DNA of 64,000 bases from the human T2T-CHM13v2.0 reference genome, Homo sapiens. The notes beneath the pieces were generated by a model. It saw only the letters and a list, made by a program, of their open reading frames with translations. It ran no database searches and had not been told where the DNA came from. Position numbers and translations under genes: made by a program. The stretch lies in assembly GCF_009914755.1 (NCBI RefSeq), contig NC_060926.1; one strand, 5' to 3'. Positions within the stretch are counted from its first letter, which is position 1; each line of letters opens with the position of its first letter. Positions 36,842 to 51,459 of this stretch are shown one piece after another.

Positions 36842-38629
36842 TTAGACTAGTGTTTACTTCATTTTGAAGAGTAAGGAGAGGATGAGGAGAAGAGTCATGG
36901 CTTTCCTTCCCTCTGCATGTTGCTAGTGACTTAATGTGCAATTTATCCCAATGACAGATGCATTTTAAAACATGGTAGCATGAAGAAAATGAACATGTAC
37001 TGGCAATGCTAGGTTACTCTGCTGGATTCCCCACACACATTTATAGACCAATGGTTTTGTTGGTGGAATTCCTGAAATCCTTAAAATGTGCTCATCGCCT
37101 ATGTGGTAACTTGGACCAGAATACAGCAATTCCTTGGGTGAGTTTCCTGAGTTTCTTTCACATTCTGCATGTGCTGAGCATCTTCTATTTCCAAGAGGCT
37201 CACCTAAATGGACTAAACAGACAGACTCCCCTTGTTGGACTTCTGGTTGGGTTGGGCCAACGTGGAGCCCCCACAGGTCAGACGGAGGCAGAGGGTGCAG
37301 TTAGGACTACTACAGGTGCCTCTCATTTAATGAAGGATTGTGTTCGCTGCTTTCAAATCTTGTGGGCACCACAGTGGGGACCACTTCAGACCAAATGTGC
37401 AGCTGTGGCTCCTCAGCAACCTCGGGCCACACTTTTCCAGGTGAAAATGTGTGAGGCCAGAACTTCTCAGGACTTCTTCTTTCACGTTCTTTTACTTCTT
37501 CTGCTCTGCTCCTCCCAAGACAGTTTCTCAACACTTCCCCGGGGTTCGGGGAGCAGGCTGTTGGGGGGAGATTTGTTTTGCAGTCACCATGAGATAAAGC
37601 TTGTAAACTTAAAATGTCATCTCTAGGATTTTCCACTTTGGGATGGGGGTGTCCTGAGGGTGAACTGAGCCTGAGTGTTTGGTATTGGCAAATTCCCATG
37701 GGACTTGGGAACTCCAGTGGTTGGCTTACTTCCTTGGTTAAAGGCTCTAATTTAAAAAAATGATCTGGGAGTTTCCACATCTTCAAATTTTAAAGTCTTT
37801 TCATGTGATTTTTCTTCCCCATATTGATCTGGTGTTTTGATTTTTTTTTCGTTAGCAAGAAAGTTGTTTCAAATGACCTAGCCTCATTAATAGAAGCTGG
37901 AGGCACATGAGATTTTTCTAGTTGAAAAATATCACTCTAATTATTTCAGAAGAGATTTGACAGCAACTTTTTGGATGGGAGGAATTGAGAAGGCAGTGGA
38001 ATCTAGGGGTAATTTTTGCAAAGAGTTATGCAGGTTAGCTTTACACCCTCCTCCTTTCTCTAGTCAGATGATCTACAGGAAGGAGATCCCCCTTTAGGGG
38101 GTGTTTCAAAGGCAGGGGGCACAGAGCACCCAGGCAGAATAGCTTAGTCTTTGCAATAAAAATTTCTTTAGAAGATCCAGGGATGTTGGAGTTAAAAGTA
38201 TTAGGTACAGATAAAAATAGCAATGAGATAACATCCTCACCTATAAATTAGAAAATGTTAAAATAAAATAAAAAAACCCACAACTCCTCCATTCTATTGT
38301 GATGAGACAGGCATGCTCACTTGTTAGAAAAGAATTTGACAACATGAATACGACCTAAAAGATAATTATACCTTTTGGTCAATAATTTAACTTCTAGGAA
38401 AATTATCATAAGTAAAATCTAAAAGTGCAGAAGAAAGTTCTGTGCACGAAGATTCATTTATTAATAAATATTTAGTGAGGGCTTACTATGTAGCAGATAT
38501 TTTCCTGAACGCTAGGAATTCAGCAGTGAATTAAGAACAAAAGCCTTGTATGTAGGCAAGTGCTCCAACAAGTGGGAATGGGGCTAGTCAATAAGCAAAC
38601 AAGGAATTAAGAAGATTACATATTATTGA

Positions 38630-40385
38630 AAGTGCCTCAAAGTCATCCGTTTCTGGACAAAATGAAGTAAACCTACTGCAGCTTATTTTTTACAGTGGCC
38701 ACAAAAAAACATGCTGGACAAAATATAAAAGGCCGAGGACTCTGAAAAATGAAGAATAGCAGACAGACTGGGAGCAGGGTCTAAACACCAGCATGCAGAA
38801 TAGCCAGTATGGTGACCCAGGCTTTTTTCCTTTTTTTTTTTTTTTTTTTCACACAGTTTTGGACCAAGGACAAGTCAAAACAGGAAGCTGTAGACCACAG
38901 AGCAGGCACAATCAGCAAAACCTCCAAGAGAATCTGTCTCTCAGGACGGAGGACAGGAAAAAATCCCCTCACCCATATGACACAGGAAGTGTGGAGAGAA
39001 TCCTCATAAGATTTTTCCCCGGTTTTTTTCCCCCTCCTGGCCCTGCCCGAAGGTCGGTTTCAGTTACATAATGTGCTACCATAGAGTTGAGCACCCAAGA
39101 CCCCAAGAGGAAAGTGGGATCAGGAAAGGAGGGTTTCACAAAGAGTGTGTGGGGTACCCGCATAGATTTTTCTCTCTCTTTCTCTCCACAGTGATGTAGC
39201 ACAGCATGGGGGTTAAAACTCTAGAGAGCAATTCTCAGGGGAAAATATAATCAACAGAGGCCCATTCCAACATGATCCAGGTGTTGGGATGGTTAGAGAG
39301 ACTTTAATGGCTCTATTACAACAGCGATCCATGAAGAAAAGGTGAATATTTTGGAAACAGGTGGAAATATAGGACTTTTCTTCAGAAAAACAGAAATTAC
39401 AAAACAGAAGCCATTGTGCATTTTAGGACTGCAATATGTGTGATCTGAAATTTAAAAAAATTACCGAGTTGACTCAGCTGGGTGGAGATGACAGAGGGAA
39501 AAATCAGTGATGTTGAAAATAGAGGAATAGAAATGATCCAATCTGAAGAAAAGAGAGTAAAGAAATCAAAAATAAAATAAACAGATCCCTGGAGACCTTT
39601 AGAACATTATGAACAGGTCAAAAATTTGTGTCATTGGAATCTCTAACATATATAATGCAGTACTAAAAATATTATATAATGGCTGAAAACTTCCTAGATT
39701 TGGTGAAAAACATAAACTTACAAACTCAAGAATCTCTGTAAAATCCAAACAGGCTAAATGCAAAGAATTTCATTCCATAGAAGAGTAAAGTAGGACCTCC
39801 ACCGCAGACCATACACAAAAATTAACTCAAAATGGCCACAGACTTGCATGTAAGAGTTAAACTGTAAGACCCTTAAAAGAAAACATAGGCATAAATCGTC
39901 AGAACCTTGGGTTAGGCCGTAGTTTCTTAGATACAACAAAAAAGGCACAAGCAACAAAAGGAAAAACAGGTAAACTAGATATCATCAAAACAAACAACAG
40001 TTTTGTCTCAGGGGACACCATTAAGAAACAGAGAAGACAACCCACAGAATGATAGAAAGTATTTCAAATCATATGTCTAATACGGGACTTGTATCTAAAA
40101 TATGTAATGAACTATTATAATTCAATAATAAAAGACAGTCTAATTTTTAAAGAAGGAGAAATGGTCTGAACAGACAGTTCTGCAAAGAAGAGATGTAAAT
40201 GGTCAAGAAGCACATAAGAAGATGTTCCGTATTGTTAATGAGATGCAAATCAAAAGCACAGTGAGATGCCACTTCCACGCTTTTGACGGCTGTGATCAAA
40301 CGGACAGAGAATTAACAGGAGATGATGAGGATGTGGAGAAAAGGAAACCTTCATCTCCTGCTGGTGTGAATGTAAAATCTGCACT
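38630..40385 (+). mobile_element. Old L1M fragments (5' region/ORF1 fused to ORF2 3' part)
   Basis: aatagaaatgatccaatctgaagaa, ccatacacaaaaattaactcaaaatgg and atgcaaatcaaaagcacagtgagatgccac motifs. Confidence 0.7.
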
Positions 40386-43300
40386 CTCCTCACCTGGGAT
40401 TCTGTCACGGTCTCCATCCCAGGGGCCTGTTTCCCATCAACAAAATAGCTGGTGCTGGGGAAGACCCTGCTCTGGGAGCCCAGGAACTCTGGTTCCACAG
40501 CCATCTGGCCCTTGTCTGAGATGTAATTTTGGTCATTTGACCTCTCTGACTGTACTTTTATCTTTTGGCAGGATCGGGGATTGAGCCCAGGGCTGCCCAT
40601 GTCTCCTTTCCCCACCCAGCTCTCCCGCACCAGCTCCCCAACCCCTGACTCCCTTTGCCTTCTCCACAATGTACAAGTTTGCACTTTCTGAAAGTTTCTC
40701 CATAGTTGGGAAAGCTTCCCAGAGAATGCTGACTCTCCTGTGCTCGTTTGTTTGGGTAGCGCTTCGTGCTTTGTGGCATCTTCCTTCTCTGGTGCAGTGG
40801 AGCTCACCCTTGGGGCCTCACTCAGCTGCCGGTGGCATGAGCCCATGTGGGCACCTGGCTTGACCACAGGCACCCATCTCCAATCCTTCCTTCTCTTGCG
40901 GTACAGGACAGCCATGTGCCCCCTCTGCTGGGATGCTGGTCCTTCTGGTCAAGTTTCCTGATGAAAACCCCTCTGCAAGGGACACAGGCAGGGGCAGATG
41001 CACATGGCATGGCCACAGTCCAGGCAGAACACAGGAGAGTCCTTCCCTGCCATCAGAGATGCTGAAGTTATAGAGGTTCTGCTCTCTGGAGTCCCCCAAC
41101 CTTCTGTAGTTCTCTGAATGTTGATTGCAGATGAACAGGGATCTGGCTGGCTGAGGCCATGTCTTCTGGGCCACAGCTTCATCATGGCACCATGAGCTTT
41201 ATGCTCAGTATAATCACAATCTTTCCATGAAAAATCCTTTAATGTTGCAGAGTCGACGGCCATCCAAACAATTTGTCTGCCCTCATGAGAAATGATCGTT
41301 GCTCTCTGGTTCAGGCAGCCCAGAGGAAACTGAGATATGGACCAGCAATTTACCCACATCGTGCTCTTTCTTAAATCACCCAGGACCACTTCCAGATGCT
41401 AACATCTGTGCTCTTGAGGGGCTTCTGTGTTTCATTTGAGTCTATCAAGAGCACTGCTTACTGTTTTGTTGTTAAAAGACCCCAATAGCCTGTGGTGTCT
41501 CCATCCGTCCCTCTCCCTTCCTGCTCCTATACTTCCAGCCTCCCAGGCACCATTCCCCCAGTGCACTCAACACCAGCTGCAGAGGACACTGTAGCTTGGT
41601 TGATTGCCAAGGCTGACCACATTCATTCCTGGGGTGCTCTTCATTGCTTAGTCCCTATCTCTGAATTCTTGGCTTCGATTTTGCCCCTAAAGCTTTGGGT
41701 TTTAGAGACTTCCGTAGACATCCTTCCTTGGTCCTGGACTTGACTTGTGATCCTGCATACGCTCCTGGCTTCAGCGCCTTGCCTCCCCTTCCTACTCTTC
41801 TCCAGCCCTTGGTCAGAAGCTGGCCTTCTCTTGGAAACTACTCTTCTTTGTCAAATGATGATGCCAGAGTGGGAATGATCACTTTGCTCTTGCCATGAAA
41901 GTGAGCCTGTGGGGGATGGGCTTATCGTCCAATTCTGCTGCTTGTGGCTGCGTCTTTTTTGCTCCCTGCTTTCTTACTTGCATTCCTTTTTCCATGTTGT
42001 GGAGGAGACTTAGGTGGACACAGGGGAAGGGAGCTCTGTATTCGTTTGGGTCAGTTAGGGGGTTGCATGTCATAAATGCTGTCAACAGGCTACGGTGCCT
42101 GTTGTCTAAAACAGAGGAATCCGGGGGTCCTCCAAGCTTGCCACATTCAGGAGCTAGAAATTGATTAGTCAGGACTGTTTTCAGTTGTAAGTGAAGGAAA
42201 CCCAACTTGCATGAGCAAAGGGGGAAGACAGTGACTTGTTACTGAGAAGCCCACAGAGAGGCTTCACTTCAGGCCTGACTCAATCCAGGGACCCAAGATA
42301 ATGCCCTCTGGCTTTTCTCATCCTGCATTTCCGTCTCTTGGCTCTGAGCTGCTTTTCTTTTCATTCTACAGATGGACTCTTCCAGCCATTGTGGGGCGGG
42401 GGGACAACTGCCTGCTTTCCCAGATTTGTTTTCCCCAATCTTTCCAATTCCATTACAAATATTTCTCTGATTGGTCCTGCCTGCATTATATATCTATCCT
42501 GGAGCTATCACTGTGCGCAAGAGAATGTGGTGTTTAGACCTGGGTCACTGGGCCACTGCTATGACCATGGGGAGAGGCCCATAACCCAAAGAAGGGGCTG
42601 GAGGAACAGCACAGGAGGACGCCAGCATCACAGCAGCCACAGCCTCTCAGACAGCAGCCATGTGGGACAACCCAGCCCATGGGGGAAGGTGGGGAAGAGT
42701 GTGTAGCCATAGAGAACAGGCACTCCTCACTCAGGGTGGGAAGCCTTCTGCTTACCAGGGGCCTTTCTTACTCATTTCTTTGGTTACTAAAAGGACGAGT
42801 TCCTATGTGATCTCAATCACCCATGCTCTTTGTCTCTGCAGGCCTCAAATGCTCCAGAAGAAGGAATTATTTTGCCATAGCCCCTAGGGTCCCAACTGGC
42901 CATACCAGCTCCTTGACTGCAGTGGAAGAAAAGACATTGGCCACTTAATTGTAATGTGATTAGTCACACTTCCTGACAGTTAACATGATCTGTCAACATC
43001 ATTAGCACCTTCATTAAGACAGGGAACTGGGTACATGGTTTTCTTTAATATAGGATATAAACAGACTTAACATCTGTGATTTAAAAAATGGCCTTGTGTT
43101 TAAGGAGTTTGCAATTATACGCATTAGCTACTCCAAAGAAAAGCAAGAAACAGTAAGGTAGTTGGCCCCAAGCAGAAAAAACACAAGCACATTTGTACAG
43201 AGTGGCAGGAAACCATTCCATTTGAATCTCAGCATTACTTCACAGATGGTCTGTTAGCCTGATGCATTCATTATAGGTGTGATTTCCCACAAGGGCTCCC

Positions 43301-43868
43301 ATTGCACTGTGCCATTGCTTAAGTGATTTCTTCCTCATCCCGATTAAAAAGACAAAAACATAAAGATGCTCAAAAATTACCTGTCATAGAGCTAGCTCTG
43401 GTTTGCATAAAAGAAGACATTCTTTTGCTATGATTAAGATACTCATTGGTTTACATTAAGCCATGTATAGATTATTTGTTGCATTTTTTAAAAAGCCAAT
43501 TTGCTTCCCAGTGTTAGTACTTAATTGAATTCAAAGCCTTACCATGCATCAACAGAACATGTCTTCAAGGAAAAACCAGAGACACTGTGCAGATCAGAGG
43601 CTTGAGGCAGCTGTGAGAACAGGCAAATCCATAACTCATATTTTATGCATCTCTCATTTCAATTACCAAATGTGTCCATTTCTTCCCTTTCTCTCTGTTA
43701 ATCTCTCACTAATAAACAATCTTGATGTATCAGACAATAAGGAGAATGCATCTTATAGATGCATCAGTTTGCATCAGCTCTCATCCAGAAACCTGAATTC
43801 CAGAACAAATAACATGGGTGGAGTCAGCACAGAGAGCTCGGGGACTGCTGGTTTATGGCATACTGTAT

Positions 43869-43891
43869 GTGTGTGTGTGTGTGTGTGTGTG
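43869..43891. repeat. (TG)n microsatellite
   Basis: TG run. Confidence 0.9.
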
Positions 43892-45523
43892 CACACGTGC
43901 ACGAGTCTATACAGTATAATTTCCAACAAGATATTAACAAGGCTAATAGAGCTGTCAATGAATGTGGATCATGTAATGATTTGATGTTTGTCTTTGCTAC
44001 AAGGGAGAGAGAAAAGGTCCAGTGCCATTACACTGGGAGGGCCCATCCTAGTGATTGCATTCATATGATAAAAAAGACACTGATGTCACTGACAATTTTG
44101 ATGGACAATGGCTTGGTAGAAAGTCCTTGTCTGTCTTTCTATCTCATTTCCAGTGAGTCACAACTGAAATATTAAACCAAAGTAGCCAAATTTTAACACA
44201 AACCTCTGCCAGCTTGTGTTATTTTTAAAACAAAGAAGGTAGGAAGATTAGCAGGTGTTGCTAGTTACATTGGAAATCCTTTGAAGCTGGACATATCTCT
44301 TGGTGTCTTACCTGGAAATTACATTCTTGGTGACCTGAGCTCAGTCAGGGTGGCTGCCCATCCTCAGGACAGGCAGTAGTAGGAAAATGATGAATCTTCC
44401 AGAAATCCTCGAGACTTGTTCATTAATCTGAGAATGAAAGAGAAAATGTCAGAAAACTTGAAAAACATTAATTTTGAACATTAGGTGGACTGACGGGAGC
44501 CTGGAATTGCCTCATTACTTGCTGCCCCGTGCTTAAGGTTGTAAACCAAATGAGGTGAAGGGGCAGATGTGGCCACAGAGGCAGGTGTGGGACCAGCAGT
44601 CAGGAGACCTGTGTTCCTACCTTGGCAATGTTGCCCCAGCCAGGAGATTTTGCATGAAAACAATCTTACTTCTCTGGCTTCATGTTCTTCCTCTGGACAA
44701 ATGTAGCTAATAACAGCTTATGTCCTTGGCTCAGAGAAATTGCAGAAGGCCTAAGAAGTGATAGTTGTTACTAGAGTGATTTATATAGCAGAAGGGGTTT
44801 GGAAAGTACAAATCCACATGCTAATGAAATCATGGGCGTTGGAGAGAATCATTTGGAAATGTAGGAACCATAACACCTACCCAGCTTGTCCACTAATCTG
44901 GGCTACTGATCATCTACCCCATGCATGTCCTGGCTTTCTCACATCCTGTTCCACTTACAGCCCCATTTAGAGAAAGAAACTTGAGTCAGTGTTTGTAGAC
45001 TGGTCACCTTGAGTTACACACCTGCAAACTAGAGGCAGTAATCACTTGCTAGATATATTTAAAAAATAAAAATAATAGGATCCCTCCCAATCAAATAAAT
45101 AAACAAAAAGAATCTCTCTCTCTCAGAAAAAAAAGTAATTACTTCTGGGGTATTAAAAGACCAAGTGAGATAAAGTGTGCTGAGTCCCCAGCACATACTA
45201 GGTATGGGATAAATGCTTTGTAAGTCAGCTGGCTGTAAGCAGGACAAAACATGAGCACATTGCACAGAGGCTAGGAAACCCTTCTCATTATTTCAGGGGT
45301 CTCCTCACTGCTGAAATTTGCATTCTCCCTCCACTCCTCCCTCCTTTCTGAGCTGCTGAAAGGGCTGCTTGGAATGGAATGTCTCTGTGGGGGACCTTTG
45401 TCCGACCTGGTCTCTCAGTCTCTCTATCTCCAGAGTGTCTTCCTGAAGTGGAGGAGGGCTGGGTGATTGGCTGCCTGATTCTGGTCTGTGGAGGTCAGAG
45501 CATGATCCAGCAGGCCCACCTAG

Positions 45524-46433
45524 TGAAGCAGGAAGTTTTCCCTGACCCCTTTGCGGGTGGAAACTGTAGTGCACGGGCACTGGAACTAGCTGGCCACTTC
45601 GGTGCCTGCAGGGGTGGACTCCACTGGCTCAGTCCTGCTGGGTTCCACCCCTCGCAGGAGGCAGCATGCAGGTGAGCAGGTGCAGGAGCTGGGGCGAGTG
45701 TTTTTGGGTGCTGGCAGGAGCAAAATTCTGTGCAGGGCCCACAGCAGCATCTGGGAATAGTACCCGTGACCCCTGAAGCCCCAGAAGGAGTGTTACAGTG
45801 AGCACTCTTAGCTTTTGTTGTCTGCTGACAGCTTAAGTGTTAACAGTTTAATGGGCCCTCTGCCTTCTTGCATGAGGCAGTTGCCCTCCACCAACGAAGG
45901 CAGAGGGTCAATGTGACAGCCTTTAGCATCCATACCCGTGGCGCCCAAGCTCTTGCTCAGCATCTAGGAAAAATCAGGTTGCATGAACGAATTGAAGGGA
46001 GATGAATATGGAGGATTTTATTGCTTATGAAGGTGATTCTCAGTGGGAAGGGGAGTTGGAAAGGGGATGGAGCAGGAAGATAATCTTTCCCCAGAGTCCA
46101 GCTGTCCCCAGCTGAACTCCTCTCTGAAGCAATGCTGTCAAGCCGTCCCTGTGAAATCAAGCTGCTTCTCTCTGATGTCCAACTGTAGTCTCTGATGTCC
46201 CACTGCTTCTCCTATTCTCCTCTCTCCTCTCTCTGCCAGTGGAGGCTGGGGTTTTTATAGGCACAGGATGGGGGGTGGGGTGGGCCATAGGCGGTTTTGA
46301 AAAAGGCAACATTTGAGTGGGAAAACAGGAATGCATGTTCTCACTTTGGGTTGATGTTCCAGGCTTGAGGCCGGGACCCTCACTGGGAACCACCCTCTTC
46401 TGCTCAGAATTTCCCTGCCTCCTGTCCCTATCA
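45524..46433 (-). mobile_element. ERV1 solo LTR (LTR27-like)
   Basis: Minus strand TGATAGGGACAGGAGGCAGGGAAATTCTG ... CCTGCTTCA (TG..CA termini), AATAAA, near-TSD cctag/ccaag. Confidence 0.75.
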
Positions 46434-46924
46434 CCAAGGCTTGCTGCATAACTGATTGTGATTTCAGAGGCCACACAAGCCTAAAAATGGCTGAGCTGCA
46501 GTCAGAGGGAGCCTTCTAGTCTAAGCCAACCAGGCTGAGAAGGTGTACACTGGGTTGGGGCTCTGCTGGAGTCTGTGTGGGAGACTATTGTCAGGGCTAT
46601 GTTGTCCCTGAGAACAATGTGGGGACCAGCAGCCAAGTCCTGGGGTGAGACTGTGCCTTCAGTCACCTAGTTATCTTAGAGAAGGCTGAGGGGTATATGT
46701 GTATGGGTGTGTGTGCAAGTGTGAGTTTGGTGTGTTGCATGTGTGAATGTGTCTGTGTGTGTAGGTGTGTGCTTGTGTGTGGTTTTTGTGCGTGTTTATA
46801 TTTTAGAAGGGCTGTCAGAGCTTCCTGGCTCTAGAGGACTGTCTGGGTCTCTGAGTAGCTTCCTCCTCATTTCTAGGAAAATGCTCACTGAACAACCAAG
46901 TCAGTGACCTGGAAGATCAGGGAG

Positions 46925-47050
46925 AGGCTTGCAGATGACCTATTGTGGGACCTTGTGATCATGTGAGTTAATACTACTTAATAAACTCCCCTTTATATCT
47001 ATATATCTATCCTATTAGTTCTGTCCCTCTAGAGAACCCTGACTAATACA
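46925..47050 (+). mobile_element. MLT2A 3' fragment
   Basis: cctattgtgggaccttgtgatcatgtgagttaatactacttaataaactcccc...ctagagaaccctgactaataca. Confidence 0.8.
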
Positions 47051-48479
47051 CCTGGTTATCCAGGGGCCACCCCTGGGCCAGCCTAAGTCACTTTACGTCA
47101 AAGGTTGTGCTTAAGCCTTCTTGGCAAGATAGATATTGACCCTTCAACATTAGATGTGTGTGTGAGACTTGGGGACTGAAATCACAGTTCCTGGAGTTTA
47201 TGCTGTTGCTCTACGTTCAGTCAGGCATCAAAAGCTTAGATTTTGTCTCTCTGATTACACCTGAGGGGGCCCAACCTTGTGCATGCTGACAGTCTTTCAG
47301 ACTGTCAGGTATGTTTATGACTTCACTTTTGTGCCTGGCTCCTTAGGCTTTGCCCATGGTTCAGAGCAGCATATTGCTTACCCAGTGTTTGGTCAGAGGC
47401 TGTGCTGAAGCCCCCAGTACCAGTGAGAATTACACTATTGGTGATGCCTCTGAGTGCAGCTTGAGGCATGCTTTCAAGTCTGCCCTCCACCTGCTTACAT
47501 GCCCACAGGAGCCCCCGGCAGCAGAGTGGACTGTGATTCCAGAAGGGTTCTTCCTGGCTTTCTTGTTCCCTGGTTCTCACTGTTAAAGTTCTGGCCACTC
47601 TGCCATTTTGCTTGCTGCTACTGATGTCATGGAGCTGTGAGCACTCTGCTATTTTAATTGCTCTTTCTCTAGATCTCCAATTTCTCTATGACAACACTGT
47701 AAGCATTTTAGATGCTCTGAATGAACTCCCTCAGGTGGAGCTACAACATTCTTTGCTATGACCTGCTGCTCCTCCTGGGGAGAGCCTCTGCAGAAGATAG
47801 CTGTCATCCTCTCTGACATAGCTGTCCTACAATGGGGCACTAGCAGGTGGGTAAGGAGGACCCTGGTCATCTTAGCTTGTCCTTCCTCAGCAAGCCACCC
47901 CATGTCCATCTCAGCAAGCCACCTGATGATAAGGCAGCTTAGGAGGAAGTGACTGTGATCAGGGCTCAGGAATCTTGGCCTACTGTGCCTGGAGCTGAGC
48001 TTCTGACCTATGAGTGGGGCTGGTTGGGGAAGAAAATACTGGTCTTCTCCACTGAGCCTGCCCAAACAGAGCTTATGCATCACAGAGCTGAAGGAGATGA
48101 GACACCCCAGTGGCCTGCTTTTCCCGTTATGACAAAGAGCTCTAGGCTGGGAGATGAGAGGAAAATGGTCACCTTTCTTCTGGACTACTCTCACCTGGAT
48201 GGGAACCCCTGGAGTGATTTCCATAATACTGAACCTGAGATTGGGGAGGGGAGCATGTTCTGCTTCCAATGCTGCTAACTCTTGCTGTTCTTACTGACAT
48301 TTAGTACGTTATTGTAGATTTTCTTGAATCTTACTTTCTTGAATGTTACTCCATTAATTCATTTGTGCCTCCATAGACTTCAGATAATAGCTCTTTAAAC
48401 ACAAATAATTTTCCCTAGTTGAATGGTTGTTTTGTTGGAAAGAGAATCCTCCCCCACTTCTCTACTATTCTGAAAGTTC

Positions 48480-51050
48480 CTTTCCCTTCTATTATCCTGT
48501 TAATTCCTACAGGCTCTGTAGTAATGTCTCCTTTTTCATTTTTTTCTATTGGTAATCTGTGTCTTTTATTTATTTTTATCAGTCTTGACAAAAGTTGGCT
48601 GGTTTTACTAAGCTTTATTAATAATCAAACTAGTTTCATTTATCTTTTTTCCATTTTACATCTTTTAAAAAATTTATTTGTCTTTTATCATAACATTTTT
48701 TTATTTGCCTTGGTTTAATTTGCTTTTCTGTTTTCTAGTTTCTTGAGATGGAAACTTAGATAATTAATATTAAACATTTCTCTTTTTTTCTAATATAGTT
48801 ATTTAACACTATGGAGTTCTCCTTAATCCCCGCTCTAACTGTATCCCACAAACTTTCATAAGTATACTTTCATTACTACTCAGTTCCAAATATAGCCTGA
48901 TTTCTGTCTGATTCTTTTTTAGACTCATAAATTATTTAGCAATGTGTTGTTTAATTTTCAAATATCTGAGGACTTTCTAGTTGTCTTTTTTATTGATTTT
49001 AAATTTAATTCTATTTTTTCCTTAAAGCATACTCTGATTACAATTCTCTGAGATATACTGAGACTTCCATTACAGTTGAGCATTTGGTCTATTTTGCTGA
49101 ATATTCCACATGTTCTTAAAAAGAATCTTGATTCTGAAAAAGTTAGATGTAGTTCTAAGTCATCAATGAGGTTAAATTGTCTAATAGCACTTTAAAATTT
49201 TTCTCTATATTTACTGATTTTTTTTCTTCTGCTTGCTCTATCAATTCCTGAGCTATGTGGGTAAAACTATGTGGCTTTGATTGTGAATTTGTATATTTTC
49301 ACTCAATAGTTATGCTAATTTTTGCTTTATGTTATTTGATGCTATGTTATTAGAAACATAGGGATTTAGAAATGTCATGTCTTTCAAATAAATTGATCCA
49401 TTTAATTATGAGATACTTTTATTTATTTCCCAAATTTTCCTTGTCTTGAAGTTTACTCCATCTGATACTTATGGGGCTACATTAGCTTTCTGGTGGCTAG
49501 TATTTGCATGTCACATTTTCCCAACCATTTACCTTCCCACGACTTTTTGTCCTTTCACTTAAACTATGTGTTTATAAGCACCATATAATTTTCTCTCATC
49601 TATCCCATCTGACAATGTCTGTCTTTAGATTGTTTTGCTCATTTTGATTTAATATGCCTATTGACATCAGTAAGTATATTGCGTTAGAGTTTGTGTTCTA
49701 TTTGCCTTTTTTTGCTTGTTTCCTTGTTCTTCTTTTCTTTCTTTTTAAAACTTAGTAATTTTTATTATATCATTTGTATTCTGCATGGACTATTTAGTAA
49801 TGTCCTTTTAACTTTTTTAGTGGTTATTGCAAGGTGCATCTTTAATTTATTATAAACTACTTTGAATTAGTATTTTTTTAGAATCTTAAAACAATGTAAT
49901 TCCATTTATACTCTCACGCCATCTGTGCTATTTTCATGTATTTTACTTCTGTATGTTATCATTTGCAGAGTACATTTTTTGTTGTTCTTAGCCATCAACA
50001 GTCTTTAACATAAAAAAGTTCTCCATATTTACGTGTGTGTGTGTGTTCACGCACGTGTGTGTGTTTACTTGCTGATGCTCATTTCTTCCTGTAAAACTGT
50101 GCCTCAGGCACAGTTAACTTGAGCTTTTATTATTTATTTGAGGGTAAGCGTTGCTTATAAACAAATGTTCTTAGTTTTTGTTTGACTAAAAATGTCTTTA
50201 TTTCAATTACGTTTAAATAATTTTTTACTTGATATACAATTCTAGTTTAGACAATTTTATTTTTAACACTTTAAGGATATCTGTTTATTATTTGGCTTCC
50301 ATCATTTTTGTTGTCAAGACACTTGTAATTCTCATTGCTATTCCCATATCTTTTTAGGGGGTTGGGGACAGTGCTGCTTTTCAGCTTTTATTTTTATTTT
50401 CGGTGTTCAGCAGTTTGATTATAGAGCGCCTATGTGTGTTTTTCTTATTATCCTGCTTGAATCAGTTAGTTGATATCTTTTATCAGTTTTGGAACATTCT
50501 CAGCTGTTATCTCTTCAAATACTGCTCCCTTTTCTCTGTCCTACATGTCACTCATGGTCTGTTATTTTATTTATTTTTTCTCTTTTCTGGCCTCAGTTTG
50601 GAAAATTTATTTAATATTGTCTTCTCATTAACTAATCTTTTTTTCTATGTCCATAGTTTTGCTAAACTCAGGTTTTATTAATTTAATTAATTATTATTTA
50701 TTTAATTTATTAATTTCACATAATTTCTGATCTGAAATGCCTAATTTTTTAGAATTTTATTTCCATACCAAAATTCCCTATTTTTATCCTTTCTTCTAAT
50801 GTCTTTACTATAATGATAGCACCTAAAGTCTCTGCCTGTTAATTCTAATATCCAGGTCATCTGTGGGTCAGCTAATTATTGAATATTCTTTCTCTTGATT
50901 ATGAATCTCATTTTTTTCTGTTTATTTACATTTACGGTAATTTTTAATTCTTTGCACCTTTTATAATTTTTGATGAGGCATTATGTTTTAAAAAATTACA
51001 GAGATGAGAAAAAATATTATTTTCCCTTAGAATGAATCACGCTTTCTTCT
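48480..51050 (-). mobile_element. Highly diverged L1ME-type ORF2/ORF1 remnants
   Basis: T-rich antisense L1 motifs (tctgtagtaatgtctcctttttcatt, gtatcccacaaactt, aaaatgtctttatttca). Confidence 0.65.
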
Positions 51051-51279
51051 ATGAGATAGATCGAATAAAGGACTGTTCATTCTGGTCTAATCAGAAATTA
51101 TGCTAGTTCATGTTTTGATGACACATTCAATTAATTTTAGTTAAGTCCATTTAAATTTTTGAGAGTGAGATTTGGACTATGTGTATTACAGGTTCCCTCT
51201 CTACAGGCTCTTGGTACGCAAGAATCCCAATACTTTTCCCTAATTTACCAGTCTAGTATTTACCCTTCCACTATGAGTT

Positions 51280-51459
51280 TGAAACACATGACACAGAAAC
51301 ATGAAGTGAGCATGTGCTGTTGGGAAAATGGCTCCAACAGACTTGCTTGGTACAGGGTTGCCACAAATCTTCAATTTGTAAAAAAACAAACAAACAAACA
51401 AAAAACACAGTATCTGGGAAGCACAGTAAAGCAAACTGCAATTAAATGACGTATGCCTA
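51280..51459 (-). mobile_element. Tigger1 5' end
   Basis: Minus strand AGGCATAC..., TTACAAATTGAAGATTTGTGGCAACCCTG, CCATTTTCCCAACAGCA. Confidence 0.8.

Noticed and set aside
37006-37786. 206-aa (+) and 158-aa (-) ORFs
   Set aside because: No recognisable homology or motifs, and they overlap in antisense.
40250-40915. 221-aa minus-strand ORF
   Set aside because: Runs into antisense L1 remnant sequence and has no recognisable domain.
47649-48269. 206-aa minus-strand ORF and a short local duplication (ctcagcaagccacc twice)
   Set aside because: Non-ATG start and no domain; the region may be an old repeat I could not assign.
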